From contig MU056029.1 of NCBI GenBank assembly GCA_013239625.1, positions 434,001 to 498,000 of the forward strand: DNA of 64,000 bases. Direction: 5' to 3'. The translations under genes were made by a program, and so were the position numbers. The DNA comes from Lama guanicoe. Lineage: Eukaryota. Below the pieces are notes generated by a model that worked only from the letters and a program-made list of their open reading frames with translations, did no database searches and was not told the DNA's origin. Each line of letters begins with the position of its first letter. Position 1 is the stretch's first letter. Below, piece by piece: positions 38,066 through 51,920 of the stretch.

Positions 38066-38960
38066 GTGACACTGTGATCTGGGATAAGAAATACACACTT
38101 GGTCTTGGTCTGCATTTCTGGCACGGAGTTCCCAAATCTCTTGGAAGTTCCTAAGGGTTGAGAACTCTAAGTATGTCTAGATGTTCATAACAAACCCCTT
38201 TCAACCACACCTGGGTTTCTGTTCATGAAGTGGCTTTTAGGAAGCCCCTGAGGTTGGCTGCTAGTTGCCAGGGAACCATCCCTGTGATTAGAAGGTTAGA
38301 ACTTTCATCCCTAACCGCTGACCTCTGGGGAGGGGAGGGAGCCTGGAGGCTGAATCAGTCAACAATCACCAAAGATTTCACTCCTGGCTGTGTAGTGAAG
38401 CCTCCATAAAAACCCAAAGGACTGGGAGAGACTCCAGGGAGATGAACCCACTTCCAGGGGGCATGGAGATTCTGGGAGAGCCGTGGGCTGGGAGAAGGCA
38501 TGGAGGCTGCGTGCTTTCCCCACCCTTCGCCCTGAGCATGTCTTCCATCTGGCTGTTCCTGACATATATATATGTTTAAATAATAAACTGGTAATTTAGT
38601 AAATTAAATGTTTTCCTGAGTTCTGTGAGCGACTTTAGCAAATCAATTGAACTCTAGGAGGAGGTCTTTGGGACCTCCAATCTATAGCCAGACTCTATAG
38701 CCACTTGTCAGAAGCACAGCTGGCAAACCTGAACTTGGGATTGGTGCCTGAAATGGGAACCGTCTTGGGAGACTGAGCCCTTATCCTGTGGGGCCTGACA
38801 CCATCTCTAAGCATAGTTTCAGAAGTGCGTTGAATTGTAGGACAGCCAGCTAGTGTCATAGAGTTGCTGGATGGTGTGGGGAAAATCCCCTACGCACACA
38901 CACATGCACACGCACATGCACATGCACACGCACACACGCATTGGAATCGGTGTCCCATAA
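38066..38960 (+). mobile_element. MER21-like solo LTR
   Basis: tgtgacactgtgat...aagaaatacacacttggtctt...ttctggcacggag and aataaactggtaa...ttttcctgagttctgtgagc. Confidence 0.78.
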
Positions 38961-39439
38961 CACAGGCAGCAGCTAGACAAGACACTCTGGGAATACCACC
39001 AAGGCCCCGCCCTCAGGAACCCCATGTTCTCCTGGGGGAATGCGGACCAGGAGGGCACAGGAAATGCAGGGGCACAGGGCCCCGCCGGCAGGGGGGTGCT
39101 TGGCTTCCTGCAGCTGGGCAGTCGGAGCGGGCGTTCCCCAGGCAGCCCGGAGCAGAAGCCTGAGGACACAAGTGCATAGGTGGTGGTGCCACCTGGTGCC
39201 GGCCAAGGACCTGCGACCCCCACACTTCCAGCCCTTCCTGCCTGCTCCGCTTCAGAAGGTAAAGTATTTTCTCTCCTGACGTGTGTTTGCCTTAGCAGAA
39301 CCAGGGCCCCGGCAGGCACCACTTCGCATCGCACAGATGTCTAGGGGCACAAACACCAAGTGCAGGAGAGGTTGGGGTTCCAGGCCCAGCCAGATGGGAC
39401 TGGGGACCCGGAATGGGCTCCTGGAGGGCCTAGAGGACC

Positions 39440-41050
39440 GCGGTGAGCATTTTAGCTTTTAGCTGAGTGAGAAGAGGAGCCTTGAGGAGTTTGGGTGGAA
39501 GAATCATGTGACTGGACTCAAGTCTTCAAGGATCATCGGCTGCCACGTGGATGAAACAGCAGATAGGCCGTAAGAGGCCATTGCAGTGACCCTGGAGAGG
39601 GGACAGTGGCTCAGGCCCTGGTGGCTCTGGTGGAGGCTAGAATGTGGCCACTCAGGAGGGATCTGCTGGTGGCCTGGGTGTCAGGTAGGAAAGGGCTCCA
39701 AGCGGCCCTGCTGATGCTCCTTGGGCAAGTCCTTTTAATTGGCAAATACGTATTCATCACCTGGGGTGAGCCTGGCATGGTTCTAGGCACTGGGACTACA
39801 GGGGGAAATGGTCTCATGGATCTAACGAGGGGGTTGGGGATGCACAGCTGGAAACTTGGGATGCTGAGGCCGGAAAGCAGTGGGAGGGGAGGGGCAGGCC
39901 TGCAGGTGGTCACTAGGCCCGGGAGCAGAGATGCAGGAGACAGAGGTGCACTCGTCCCAGCTCAGCAGGGAGGCTGGAGATGGCAGACTGGGGTCACAGA
40001 GCAGGTCTGGATGGAAGATAGCATGACTGGGAGTGGGAGGAGGGCAGAGGGAACTGCGTGCAGGGCTTCACCTGCCTTTGGGAGGGACTGGCCTCTCTGG
40101 ATTTGCTCCAAGGGCAATGGGAAGCCACGGATTGCCCCAAGCAGAGGCAAGAGATGCATGGATCTGATGGAAGATGGCTTTGGAGCCCAGTGGGCGCAAG
40201 CAAGGCAGTGAGTTAATGAGGAGCTGGCTTAGACCCAGGCAATGGACAGAGTAGGAAAGATGGACGCATGTCTTCCACGTAGAGTCAGTTGGTTGGCCAA
40301 CAGGTTGGATGCTTGGATGAGAAAAGGAGGTGAATCAAGAATAACACAGGAGAGTTTAGTTAATGAGATGGAGATGAAGGGGAGCAGATTATGCCACCCT
40401 AAAATACGCCACTTTGGCACATTCATTATTTTGAATTAAAGTTCGTTGAGAAACAGCCAGTGCAAGAAAGACACTCTGGCCCTCCTTTGTCCCTCTGAAA
40501 TCAAGAAGTAAATCTCCCATGTGAAGGTCCCGTCCCTGTACCAGGAGGGTAGAGGCATCCTCATCACTAGAAACAGGGAGCCTAGGACCAAGAAGGCTGT
40601 ATGTATATACAAACCTCGTTACTCCTCCACCATTTATTCCCAGAGCCCAAAGCCCTCTGTCTTATCAGTTCTTCCCAAATGTATCTTCATCTAAAATGTC
40701 TAAGAGCTGCCTGCTTTGGTCACTTCTTTGAGTCTCATTTTTTTATAGGACTCCCGTACATACAACATTAAGTTTGTTTTCCCCCTATTAACTGGTCTAA
40801 TGTCAATGTGATGATTAGAGCAGCTACAGAACCTAGAAGGGAGAAGGAAAGGTTTCTCCTCCCCTACAGGGAAGGACAGGTTTGGAGAAGAAAATGCAAA
40901 GCTGGCATAAGCCATGTTGAGTTTGAGATGCCTGTTGGACATCAAACAGATGCCAAGTAGGCAGTGGGATGAAGTCTCGACATTACAGGAGACGCCAGCA
41001 CCAGAGATACAGAGAGACCTGTGACTTAGAGCTATGTGATGAGAAGATAG
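39440..41050 (-). mobile_element. L2 fragments, interrupted by an LTR
   Basis: Purine-rich L2 antisense motifs such as catgttgagtttgagatgcctgttggacatc and gcaatgggaagccac. Confidence 0.65.
40375..40868 (+). mobile_element. ERV1 solo LTR (MER34-like)
   Basis: TG...CA termini: tgaaggggagcagattatgccaccctaaaatacgccactttggca to ttctcctcccctaca. Confidence 0.8.
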
Positions 41051-41053
41051 AAC

Positions 41054-41701
41054 TGTTAGAGCAGGCAGATAGCTAGATATGAGCAGAGAAAGGGGGACAC
41101 AAGCCAGGAATTGGGCAGGAAGGAGGGGCACAGACCAAATACAGGAAACCACACATCACATAAGCACCAGGTGTCCCTGGGCAGAGAGAGAAAAGCAGGA
41201 ACCTTTGGGCTGATAAGTGGTCACACCTTTTGGGGTGATGAGTGGCCAAGAAACTGACAAAGAAAGGTGAGAAAAGGCAGGAATTTCCAGTGTCCGAATG
41301 TAACTTTTGCTCATTATGCCCTCATTTCAATAAAATTAGCCTTGCAGATTAGAAGTACCCATCATGCACCGATGCATGACACTTCCGATCCAGATTAAAT
41401 AAGGATAAAAGTACCTCCTCCCTTTGGGAAGGTGGAGCTGGGATGATAATCAGGGAATGTGACCTCAAACCCTTCCCTCCTCAATGAACATTCCACTCAT
41501 TCATTTTTACACCCATGTAACCAACTTGCCAAAGAAACTCAGGGCAGCCGCTCACCTGAGCCTGCCCGCTCTCCCCTTGAGAGTGTATGATCCATCCTTT
41601 AATAAGTCCTCACTTTACTTTTTTAATCACTACATCCTGTCTCTAAGTTCTTTCTGGGACGGGACAAAAACCTGGAACAGTGGTTACATCCACCGGTAAC
41701 A
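41054..41701 (+). mobile_element. ERV solo LTR (family not identified)
   Basis: TGTTAG...GGTAACA termini, aataag poly(A)-like signal, U5-like ttctttctgggacgggacaaaaacctgg. Confidence 0.7.
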
Positions 41702-41945
41702 GTACCTACAGACAGAGTCTAGAGTGAATACACAGAGGAGACCCTGGTGCCATGTTTCCACTGCAAAAGGTAGGGAACTGGACAAGGCAGTCCTGAAAAC
41801 TGCATCCAGCTTTCATGTAGAGAGACTCAGCCCCTTTGCTGGTGTGATGCTTTCTTATGGAATAAGTAAGAATCACATTCTCAACATTTTAAACTGACAT
41901 CATTTGTTTAATATTTATTCTTGTGATTGCCCCTAATTAAAAAAA

Positions 41946-42064
41946 ATTTTTTTTGGCAAGGGGGTGGTAATGTATGTATGTATTTTTCATGGAAGTGTGG
42001 GGATTGAACCGAGGACCTCATGCATGCTAAGCGGTAGCTCCACCACTGAGTTATACCCACCCCC
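41946..42064 (-). mobile_element. Vic-1-like SINE
   Basis: Consensus match. TSD gatt(g/a)cccctaatt. Confidence 0.88.
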
Positions 42065-43189
42065 GATTACCCCTAATTTTTTTTTTTGTTGTTGAAGCTA
42101 CAATGGCCCATAACTTTTTTTTAAAGGCAGAAGAGATTCTGGAACTTGTAATGTATAAAATTAGGCACAGATACTGGCCATTAATTAATAAAGCTTAACA
42201 TGCATTTTAAAGTCATCAAAGCACAGAGCTGTGGAATATTAGGTTAGGCTACTTGGCTGAAGATCTGTGATAATGTCCCAAATCCCAGAAACGCCGCATT
42301 CCCAAGACTCAAGAAAAGGTTTCTATGCTTGCTTGAGCACAATTGTGCACCTTTTCTCCAAACTGAATTCCTTTTGCAAAGACAGATTTTTTTTTTTAAA
42401 GATAAATGTATAGCTGTGCTTGGAAACTGGGGAAAGTGTCTTTGGAAGCTAGAAAAGGATACTGGAGACATAAAACAGGTGAAGGTGGGTTGATGAGGAA
42501 GTGTAATAAATCCAAGAGAGTGCATTACACAGTTCAGTAGGCAAGGACACTTTAAGAAAAACTGTTTCCCAAACACATCTCTGGGAATACCCCAAAATCT
42601 GAGCGAGCGCTTCTGGGGCATCCGGGAAGCAATGAGGTCCATCACTCCTAGAAAATGTAATGAGTCAACAAAAGGATCTTGGTTTTAGAATAAGATGAAA
42701 CACCTAACAGAAAGCAATTAAAAATCAGCTCGGGATATATGCAAATAATCATAACAAAATCCTATATTAGCAGCAGGAAGGTTTGACCTTTGTGGAGCAG
42801 GTAACAGCTGCCTGGCATGTGCCGTATCTTCATCCTCCTGCTCTGAGGCAGACTTTTTATCCCACTGTTACAGACGGGGATCATGTGAACACATGGCTGG
42901 TCCACTTAATATTTGACCAAAGGGGATAAAAGAAGATCTGAATAAAAGATGAAACAGGCCATGTCCCTGGGTGGGCCTCTCAAATTAACCTGTAGATTTT
43001 GTGCATTTCCCAGACTAATTCCAGCTTGATTTATGTTTTTCGTTTCACCTTGACAAGTTGAATATAAGTAATTAGAAAACGAATGAGGGTAAATATGAAA
43101 AAAAAACTGGAGATAAATGAATAACTGTTTACACTGACAAAAATAAAGAAGGCAAACAATACTTAAGAACTCTGAGGCTGTGTACTAGA

Positions 43190-44390
43190 AGGAACTCTAA
43201 AATATCGCCTGTGGAAGTGTGAATTGGGGCAACCACTTTAGTTTGCGATTTGGTGTTTCATCTGAAAGTTGAACATTCAAAGTCCTGCATCTCAACGCCT
43301 CCTTCTCTAAGAATGAGCCCAGAGGAACTTTGCCCATGAACACTTCATTTGTAAATGGTGTTTGTTCACAGTCAGAATGACTTGTTCCACAACTGACCGT
43401 GTACAGTAATACGGTCACAAGGTGAAGAACACGTACGACTTTGAAAATGAATGAAATGCAGCTTCGTGCAACAAAGTGGAGACATCTTGGAGACCTAATA
43501 TTTGGTGAAAAAGTAAGTCCCAGAGGACTATATATAGAACAATACTGTTTTTAGCGGGCACAAATACTAGTAATAATGAGTGAAATATTGTTCAGCACAC
43601 TTTTATATGGGACAAAGCAACTTATTAGAAAACTAAACAAGTGCTTACCATGCAATACAGCAATTGCCCTCTTGGGCATTTATGCCAAATAAATTAAAAC
43701 TTACATTCACACAAATCTGTACACAAAATTTCATAGCAGCAACCTTATTCTGAGTAGCTAGAAACTGGAAACAAACCAAGTGTCTGTAACAAGTGAGTGG
43801 ATAAACAAACTATGGTACATTTCACATCATGCAATTAACTGCTCGGCAATAAAAAGAAATGAGCTATTGATGCACACAACTGTTTGGATGGATCTCAAGG
43901 GAATTATGCTTAGTTGGGGGAAAAAAAAGCCAATCTCAAAAGATTACACACTATATGATTCCATTCCGTTTTTGAGATGATAAAATTCTAGAGGTGGAAA
44001 GCCAGTGTGGTTGTCAGTGGTTTGGGAGGAGTGGGGAAGGGAAGTGGCTGTGACTGTAAAAGTGCATCACTAGGGGTCCTTGTGACGGAGCTGTTCTGCA
44101 TCTTGACTGTAGCAGTGATGATAAGAATCAACAGATGCATCAAAACTGCACAGGAGCTAAATGCACACATACACACACACGAATGCATGTAAAACATGAG
44201 TGCGTGGTAAAATTTGAATAGTTAATGAATTGCATTAATGCTAATGTTCCAGCTGTGATATTGTGTTATACAAGGTGTTAACATCAAAGAAAATTCAATG
44301 AAGAGAATAGTGGATCTCCCTGTATTATTTCCTACAATTGCATACAAATCTACAGTTATCTCAAAAGTTTTTTTGAAAATGCAGACATTA
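43190..44390 (+). mobile_element. Old L1M 3' fragments
   Basis: EWINKLWYI...SAIKRNELLMHTTVWMDLKGIML peptide and L1M 3' UTR. Confidence 0.8.
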
Positions 44391-44519
44391 AAAAAAAGGG
44401 TGGGGGGTGAAAAGCTAAACAGCAAAGGGAGGCAGGGGCTGTGATGAGGACCTGGGACACACTAGTAGCTGCAAGATACTGGGAATATACTGTTTCCTGT
44501 GCTACATCCAGGGGCCCCA

Positions 44520-44830
44520 GCAAACCCCACCTCATGGTGTTCATGCCTTGAAGAGAGACGGCTGTGTAAGCAAGGGGATCCTGAGAACAAGAGAGTGTGT
44601 GATTCCAGGCTTGGTCGTGAGACATTGGCCTTTCTGCCTCCCTTCTCTTGGCTCACTCATTCTGGGAAAAGTCAGCTGATGTGCTGGAGGGCACTCAGGC
44701 AGCCAGATGGGAAAGCCACGTGGCAAGGAGCTGAGGTCTTCCGCCAAATGCCAGGAAAGTGTGTCCTCCAGCCCCAACCAAACATTCAGGTGATTGTAGC
44801 ATTGACCAGCATCTCAATGCATCTTGGGGG
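44520..44830 (+). mobile_element. MaLR (MLT1-type) LTR fragment
   Basis: ctcactcattctgggaaaagtcagctg...ccacgtggcaaggagctgagg. Confidence 0.65.
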
Positions 44831-45499
44831 TCCTGAAAGCCCTTACTGTGTGCTGCACACAGTTATAACCATCAAGATTACAACGACACCTAGTTCATGC
44901 TTCTTAGAGTGTGTTCTGGACCAGATGGTTCACTGCTAATTAAATAAAACCTTCTCAGTGAAGGAAGCAGTGTGTTGACATCACATTCCATTCCCAATAT
45001 TGTAGCAGGCAAGCAAGAAACAGTGGTGGATATGCCACCTGACGAACGCTAGAATAGGGCTTTGTCTCTGTCCTCTGAAGCCCACATGGAGTGAGGAGAC
45101 AAACACGTATTGTGACCGTGTTTCATTGCCATCCAGCCACATTCAAATGCCACAGCTGAAGGTTTTCTTCCACACCCACTGCTGCCCCTGTAGGTATCAA
45201 ATCCTCACCTCTGTGTGGGAAGGACACAGACGTGCCCTGTGCCCCTGGACAGTGTTTTGCTGTTTGCCTTGATGTATAGGCTTGCTGTCTACAGATGCGA
45301 GCAGGAATCTGCCAGCAGAGAGTTTTTCCCCACGTCCAGCTACCAGGTTGATCCTGCTCAGAGCTGTGCTGGTGGGTATTCTTTCCTGTTCCCAGGGGCA
45401 CAGGGAAAGTCTATGTCCTTCCAAAACAGAGGTGAGGTTTTTGACACCTGCGGGGGCAACAGCAGGTGTGGAAGAAAAAACTTCAGCCATGGTATTTAA

Positions 45500-46500
45500 A
45501 CATTTAATGAAAATTTTACTGGATGAGCTTAACAGTAGATTGAAGATGGCAGAAGTGTACTCAGTACATATTGAGACAAGTAAGTATAAATTATCCCAAT
45601 CTGAATAACAGAAAAATATATTTTAAAAGTAAGCACACAGCCATTAATGTTTAGGACGATATTCAGTGGTCTAATACACATATAACTAGAGTTCCAGAAA
45701 GTGAAGAGAATAGGGCAGAAAAATCTATTTTGAGAAAATGGCCAGATATTCCCCAAATTTGATAAAAACATAAGCTTTCATAAACTTACAAGATGCTCAG
45801 AAAACTGAAGGCAGGATAACTAAAAGAAAAATGTAACTAGGGAATCAGAGTTAAACTGCTGAAAATCAAGAGAAAACCTTGAAAATCTTGAAAGCAGCCA
45901 GAGAAAAACAGACACATTACAAAGAGAGGAATGATATGAAAGATAGATACTTCTCATCAGAAAAATGGAAATCGGTGGATAAAGCAATATCTTTAAAGCA
46001 TTGAAAGGAAAAAAATATCAATTCAGAATTCTATATCCAGAATGAAGATGAAGTAAAGACAGTTTAAGATAAACAAAAGCTGAAAGAATTCAACACTGGC
46101 TGAACCAAATCAGAAGAGAAGCTCAAAGGATTTTTATTTTTAAACCCTGAACGGAAATGAACCAGATGGAAATCCAGACCAGCAGAAAGCACAAATGAAC
46201 TTATTTACAAAACAGAAACAGACTCACAGACATAGAAAATAAACTTATGGTTACTGGGAGAGATGGGAAGGGGATGGGAAAGGATAAATTAGGAGTTCAA
46301 GATTTTCCAATACTAACCACTATTTATAAAATTAGCAGCAAGTCTGTAATGTATAGTGCTAGGAACTGTATTCAGTATCTCGTAGTAACCTATAATGAGG
46401 GCAAGTATGAAAAGGAATATATGTATGTATATGTATGACTGAGACATTATGCTGCACACCAGAAATTGACACAACATTGTAAGTTGCTTTGTCCCATATA
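45500..46500 (+). mobile_element. Old L1 ORF1 remnant followed by a younger L1 3' end (about 46190-46500)
   Basis: aaaatcttgaaagcagccagagaaaa and agaattctatatccag ORF1 motifs; acaaatgaacttatttacaaaacagaaacagactcacagacatag 3' UTR. Confidence 0.8.
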
Positions 46501-46559
46501 AAAAAAATGAATACTGGATATAGTAAATGTAAAAGTGTTTTTTCTTAATCTTCAAAAAT

Positions 46560-46707
46560 TTTTAATTTTTTTTTAAACTTTATTACATTGGTGGGGGAGG
46601 TAATTAGGTTTATTTATTTATTTATGTTTAATGGAGGTACTGGGGATTGAACCCAGGACCTCATGCATGCTAAGCATACAGTCTACCACTGAGCTATGCC
46701 TTCCCCC
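46560..46707 (-). mobile_element. Vic-1-like SINE
   Basis: Consensus match on the minus strand. Confidence 0.92.
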
Positions 46708-48423
46708 AGTAAGTGTAAAATGTTAAAAACTCTATATTACTCTTCATTTCTTAGTATCTTTAAAAGGCAAATAATTATTTAAGCAAACATTATACAAATT
46801 TATTTTGAGGTTTATAACTTCAGCAAATTTAAAATATATGACAATAGCACAACAAACAGAAGTTAAATGGAATTACATTATTGCTACAACCCCCAGGGGT
46901 AAAGAGGAAACATTACTAATAAGACTATGCCAATATAGTCGACAGATTAGACGAAGGGAGTAATTTCCTTGAAAACCAGTTTACCAAAAGCAATATAAGA
47001 AATCTGAGTATCTCTATACCAATTAAATGTATTAAGTTCATAATCAAAACCCTTCCCATAAAGGAAACTCCATGCCCACGTGGCACAACCACACACACAC
47101 TCGAAGGTTAACACCAAGAGGAATGACGGCATGAAATGCTGGTGAGGATGTGGAGCAGCTGGAACTCTCCACCATTGCTGGTGGGAGTGTAAACCTGGGG
47201 CAACCACTTTGGAAAAGGACTCAGTATTTTTTCATTTCTTTAAACATCCATGATCAGCAACTCTAGTCCTAGGTATTGACTCTAGAGAAATGAGAATATA
47301 TGCCCACAAGAAGATGTGTTCACTGCACCTTTATTCAAAATAGCTAAAAGCTGAAAAACACCTCAAAGTATTTCCACACAGTGGAATGCCGTCCAACCTC
47401 TGCCCCCTGGCCTTCGTCTCTGGGGTCCTTTATACTTCACCTTCTCAGTTTGGCTCTGCATCTTTGTTCTGCTTTATCGGTGTGCTTGGCACCTGCCTCT
47501 CCAGCCTTATGGTTCCTGGTCACAGGGAGTGCACAGCCTGCTGCTGACCTCGCTGGATGCCTTGCCAGGGGGCAAACTCTGGCAGTGATGCAAGTACTCA
47601 CTTGAGTGCTGCTGCATGTGCAATACATTAGGTTCTTCTTAAAACCTTGTACATTTGTGAACATTGCCATTGGGTCCTGTGAGTCTTCTCAGCAATTAAA
47701 CTCTGCTTAAACTCTCACCGTCAGTGCCCTAATTAAAGCAACCTTGCCAAGGACGACTCAATACACTGACACTCAGGTCAGGCTTTTTTTGGAAAAAAAA
47801 AAAAGAAATGCTATTAACTAGTTTACAGAATAGTGAGTTGGTTCTACAGCGTCCTCCTATGATGGCCAACCTGGATATTTTTGTTTTGTGTCCTAATAAA
47901 TCCATGGATGTCAACGTATGTGATGTCTTTCAACCACTGCAATAGCATTTTTGGTGCTCTGTTGGTCCTATTATTGGTCAGCGAGGGTCCTTCAGGCTGG
48001 TTGCTGGGTCTTTTTGCTACAACTCCAGTTGTGTTTGACAGCCTCCCTCATCTCTGGCTAACACAATGTTCCAGACTCATCTTCTACTTGCCCTGCCTTA
48101 GCCCTGGAATAAACCATTTCTCCAAGGAGCCCCGATGGTAGAGTGTGGGAAATGGTACTTAGAAACCGCAGTTCGTATGACGGGGTGTTCGTTGCTGCTG
48201 CAGTGGTCACTGCATTTCCTTCCTTAATATGCAGCTATGAAAATGTCTTTCCTAGTTTCACTGGGAATGAAAAAATAAGAAAAATGGCTCTTGACATATG
48301 ATCAAAGACACTGAGCAACACATATAAATTAAAAAAGCAACTCTTACAAACATCAGAAAGTTTGTTAGTTTTTATTCTAAGTAAATTTTGAATGTGCAAA
48401 AGAGGCATTTAAAATTAAGGCAT

Positions 48424-48660
48424 ACAGGAGGGATGGGGGTGGGAAGGGATAAACTGGGAGTTCGAGATTTGCCGATACTGACTGGTATATATAAAATAGA
48501 TAAACAAATTTATACTGCACAGCACAGGGAACTATATTCAGTTTCTTGTAGTAGCTCTTGGTGAAAAAGAATATGAAAATGAATATATGTATATCCATGT
48601 ATGACATTGTGCTGTACACCAGAAATTGACACATTATACCTCAATAAATTAAATTAAATT
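48424..48660 (+). mobile_element. Short L1 3' end with TSD aaattaaggcat
   Basis: 3' UTR motifs with the same 12-mer on both sides. Confidence 0.88.
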
Positions 48661-48758
48661 AAATTAAGGCATGGAGCTTCTTCCAGAAAGACTAATAAAT
48701 ACACAACATGTAGTGTACATCTTTGTATTTTAAGAGTTGAAAAAGAGAAACTTCGAGA

Positions 48759-48910
48759 AGGGAGGAGGGTGTAGCTCAAGTGGTACAGCACATGCTTAGC
48801 ATGCACAGGGTCCTAGGTTCAATCCCCAGTGCCTCCTCTAAAAAATAAAGTAAACCTATTACCTCCCCGCCTAAAAAAATTAACAAACAAATAAATAAAT
48901 TTAAAAAAAA
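48759..48910 (+). mobile_element. Vic-1-like SINE
   Basis: ggaggagggtgtagctcaagtggtacagcacatgcttagcatgcac...ggttcaatcccc. Confidence 0.9.
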
Positions 48911-49184
48911 GAACCATCAAGAACATGAAACAAGTAATAACTCAGAGAGGAAGGGCTGGCAATCCCTTTCTCCAATGGCCTATGTGCGCTCTGTAGACAA
49001 ATCCTGTAGGTTCCAACCTCAGAACAGACCCTGGCCCATCCCTTCCCACTGGCATCACCTCTGCTCCTACAGTCCTCACCCAAGCTGCCCTCTTTGCCCC
49101 AAGGCACTGCCCTAGCCTCCTGCCTCCACCTGGCCCAGAAGCCAGCACTCTGATCTATTTCCTGCACAATCGCCAGAGTGATCT

Positions 49185-49940
49185 TTTTGTTTATTTTTTG
49201 GTTTTCTAATTTGGGGGGGGGGAGGTAATTAGGTTTATTTATTTAATTACTTACTTACTTACTTATTTTTTCCCCTACTCGTCCTCCGTGAATCTCTTTT
49301 ACTTTTTTTTCATCTATTTTTTTGACCTATAGTTGATTTACAATAATGTTGCATTAGTTTCTGGTACACAGCAAAGTGATTCAGTTACACCATATATATA
49401 TTCTTCTCCAGATTCTTTTCATTTTTTTTAATTGAAGTACAATCGGTTACAATGTGTCGAATTCTGCTGTACAGCACAATGTTTGTCATGCATAGACATA
49501 TATATATTTGGTTTCATATTCTTTTTCATTATAGATTATTACAAGATAATGAATATAGTTCCCTGTGCTATACAGAAGCAACTTGTTTTTTTATCTGTTT
49601 TATATATAGTAGTTAGTATTTGCACATCTCAAACTCCCAATTTATCCCTTCCCACCCTCTTTCCACTGGGTAACCATAAGTTTGTTTACTATGTGAATCT
49701 GTTTCTGTTTTGTGAATAAGTTCATTAGTGTCTTTTTTTTTTTTTTTTGAAATTCCACATATGTGATACCACATGGAATTTTTTTCTCTTTCTAGCTTAC
49801 TTCACTTAGAATGAAGATCTCCAGATCCACCCATTCATCCAATATTTACTTATTTATTTAATCATGTCTTGGGGATGGAACCCAGGACCTCGTGCATGAT
49901 AATAAGTATGCGCTCTGCCACTGAGCTATACCCTCCACCC
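49185..49940 (-). mobile_element. Vic-1-like SINE split by an L1 3'-end insertion (about 49269-49845), all within an L2
   Basis: SINE tail at 49185-49268, SINE head at 49846-49940, ttacttattt repeated at both junctions. Confidence 0.8.
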
Positions 49941-51920
49941 TCAGAGAGCTCTTTGTGTATCAGATGAAGTTGCTCCTTTATTCCAAACCCTCTGTTGATT
50001 TCACAAAGTCCTTTCCATGGTGAAGAAAACCCAGAGAGCCTGTCTTTGGTCGTTCCCACGGCCCTGCGCTGTACCGCTCCCCCTTGCTCTCACCTGTATC
50101 AGCAGTGCTGACCTCCTGGCTGTGAACACGCTGTCCACACGCTGAGCCTGCTCTCCATCAGCTCCCAGGGTGTGCTGTCCCCCTTGCCTGGACGACCTTC
50201 GCCAGATCTCCACCTGCCTGCTCCCGCAGGAAATTCACCTTTCCCTACTCTGTCTCCTGAATCACTTCCCTGGACTGGCCTCAGAGCCCTCTTTGCCACC
50301 TGACGTTATGGTCTCCTTGCCGATTCTGTTTCTTTGTTTGCCCTTCCAACACCGCCTCCAACTTATCTGAATATCAAGTCCCTGAAAACAGGAAGATAGA
50401 ATCTCGGTTTGCTTGTTCACTCCTGTAGCTCCGGTACCCAGAACAATGTCTGGCACACAGCATGCTGTCAATAAATACTTGAAGAATGAATAAGTGAGGT
50501 AGTTGGAAAAGGACATAAGAAACATAAGAGGCTGATAAACACACATGTCTGTCTGCAGACACACACGCCTACACACATCAGCATTATCTTTATCGTCATG
50601 TTATTTATGAATTTGAGACAAAGGGCAACAGAGGACTGAGAGACAGCAGAGCAAACACAGATGCAACATAAGACCGAATGAAAGAGAGAACGGCTTGGGT
50701 AGGAAGAAGCCAATGAGAGAGAGACTGAAAGGGGTTCCCTCTGCCCCATGCCCTTGGCCATGCCCTTGGCCATGCCCTGTGCACCTCTCCCCGCTCCTCC
50801 CTGTCTGGACTCTGGCATCTTTGTCAAGTCTAGGGTGGAAGGTGCAAGAAAAATGACTGTTGTCATGAGCTTCCTTAAGGTCTCCCTCAGCTGGTTTTCT
50901 GTGCCATAAAAGTCTGTTTTGAGAATACAAATGTTAAGTCATTGCTACTCAAGACAGGACTTTCCAGGTTGCTGCTGAAATGGGACAAGGAGCATAAGAC
51001 AAGACATGTTGGTTAATATCCATGTACTACCTCACCATGCACATATTAGCACATAAATGGTTTGCTCTTCTCCATCCATCAGGAAAGGCAGAGCACATGG
51101 TGTGGCAGGCATCAGGTGGGGCAGGGCAGAGAAACATGGGGCAATGGGACGAGACCAGTGAGAAGGGAAGTTCAATGCACCAGCCAAGTTCACCCATGCC
51201 CCTTTTCCTAGGCCCTTGTTCCATTCCCCTCCCACTCAAAGTCTTGCCCAATTGCTGTCTTCCGTGTGCCAATGAAATATACTGCAAGTGAAGAGAAAAG
51301 TCAGAACTTCGTTGGACTTACACTTATTTTGTAGTTTTGAAACTTACTATTATATCACTGGGAAGAGACATCTTAAGGGTTTGGTGTTTGATCCTGACAA
51401 AAGGACTTACTAGGGTCTGGCTCTCGCTATAAGGATAGAGTTCTTTCTCTCTCTCTCTTTTTTTTTTAAATATATTTTCATTGAAGTATAGTCAGTTTAC
51501 AATGTTGTGTCAGTTTCTGGTGTACAGCACAATGCTTCAGTCATATAGGAATATACATATATTCATTTTCACATTCTTTTTATCCATAAGTTCCTACAAG
51601 ATATTGTATATAGTCCCCTGTGCTATGCGCGTTCTTTCTGATGTAAATGGCAGCCATGTGATTTATCTTGTGTTTGCACATCACGTGACCCTGGGACTGT
51701 GATATGGGAGCTCTTCTCTGCAGGACCTGCAAATCCGTCTCACCTCCTGCGGGAGCTCTGTTTTGTTCTCTGGCGCCATCTTCCCCAGTCTTGACTGTTT
51801 ACTTATTCATGAGCATGTATAAGTCGTCTGTAACAGTTTCCTATTGTAAGCAGTGTCACCATACAGCACACAAACACTTTTATTCACAAGCTGTAGAATT
51901 TGCATATGTTAGATTCCTAG

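Noticed and set aside
50745..50779. Short tandem repeat (CCATGCCCTTGG) in about 2.5 copies
   Set aside because: An ordinary micro-duplication with no spacers or other structure.
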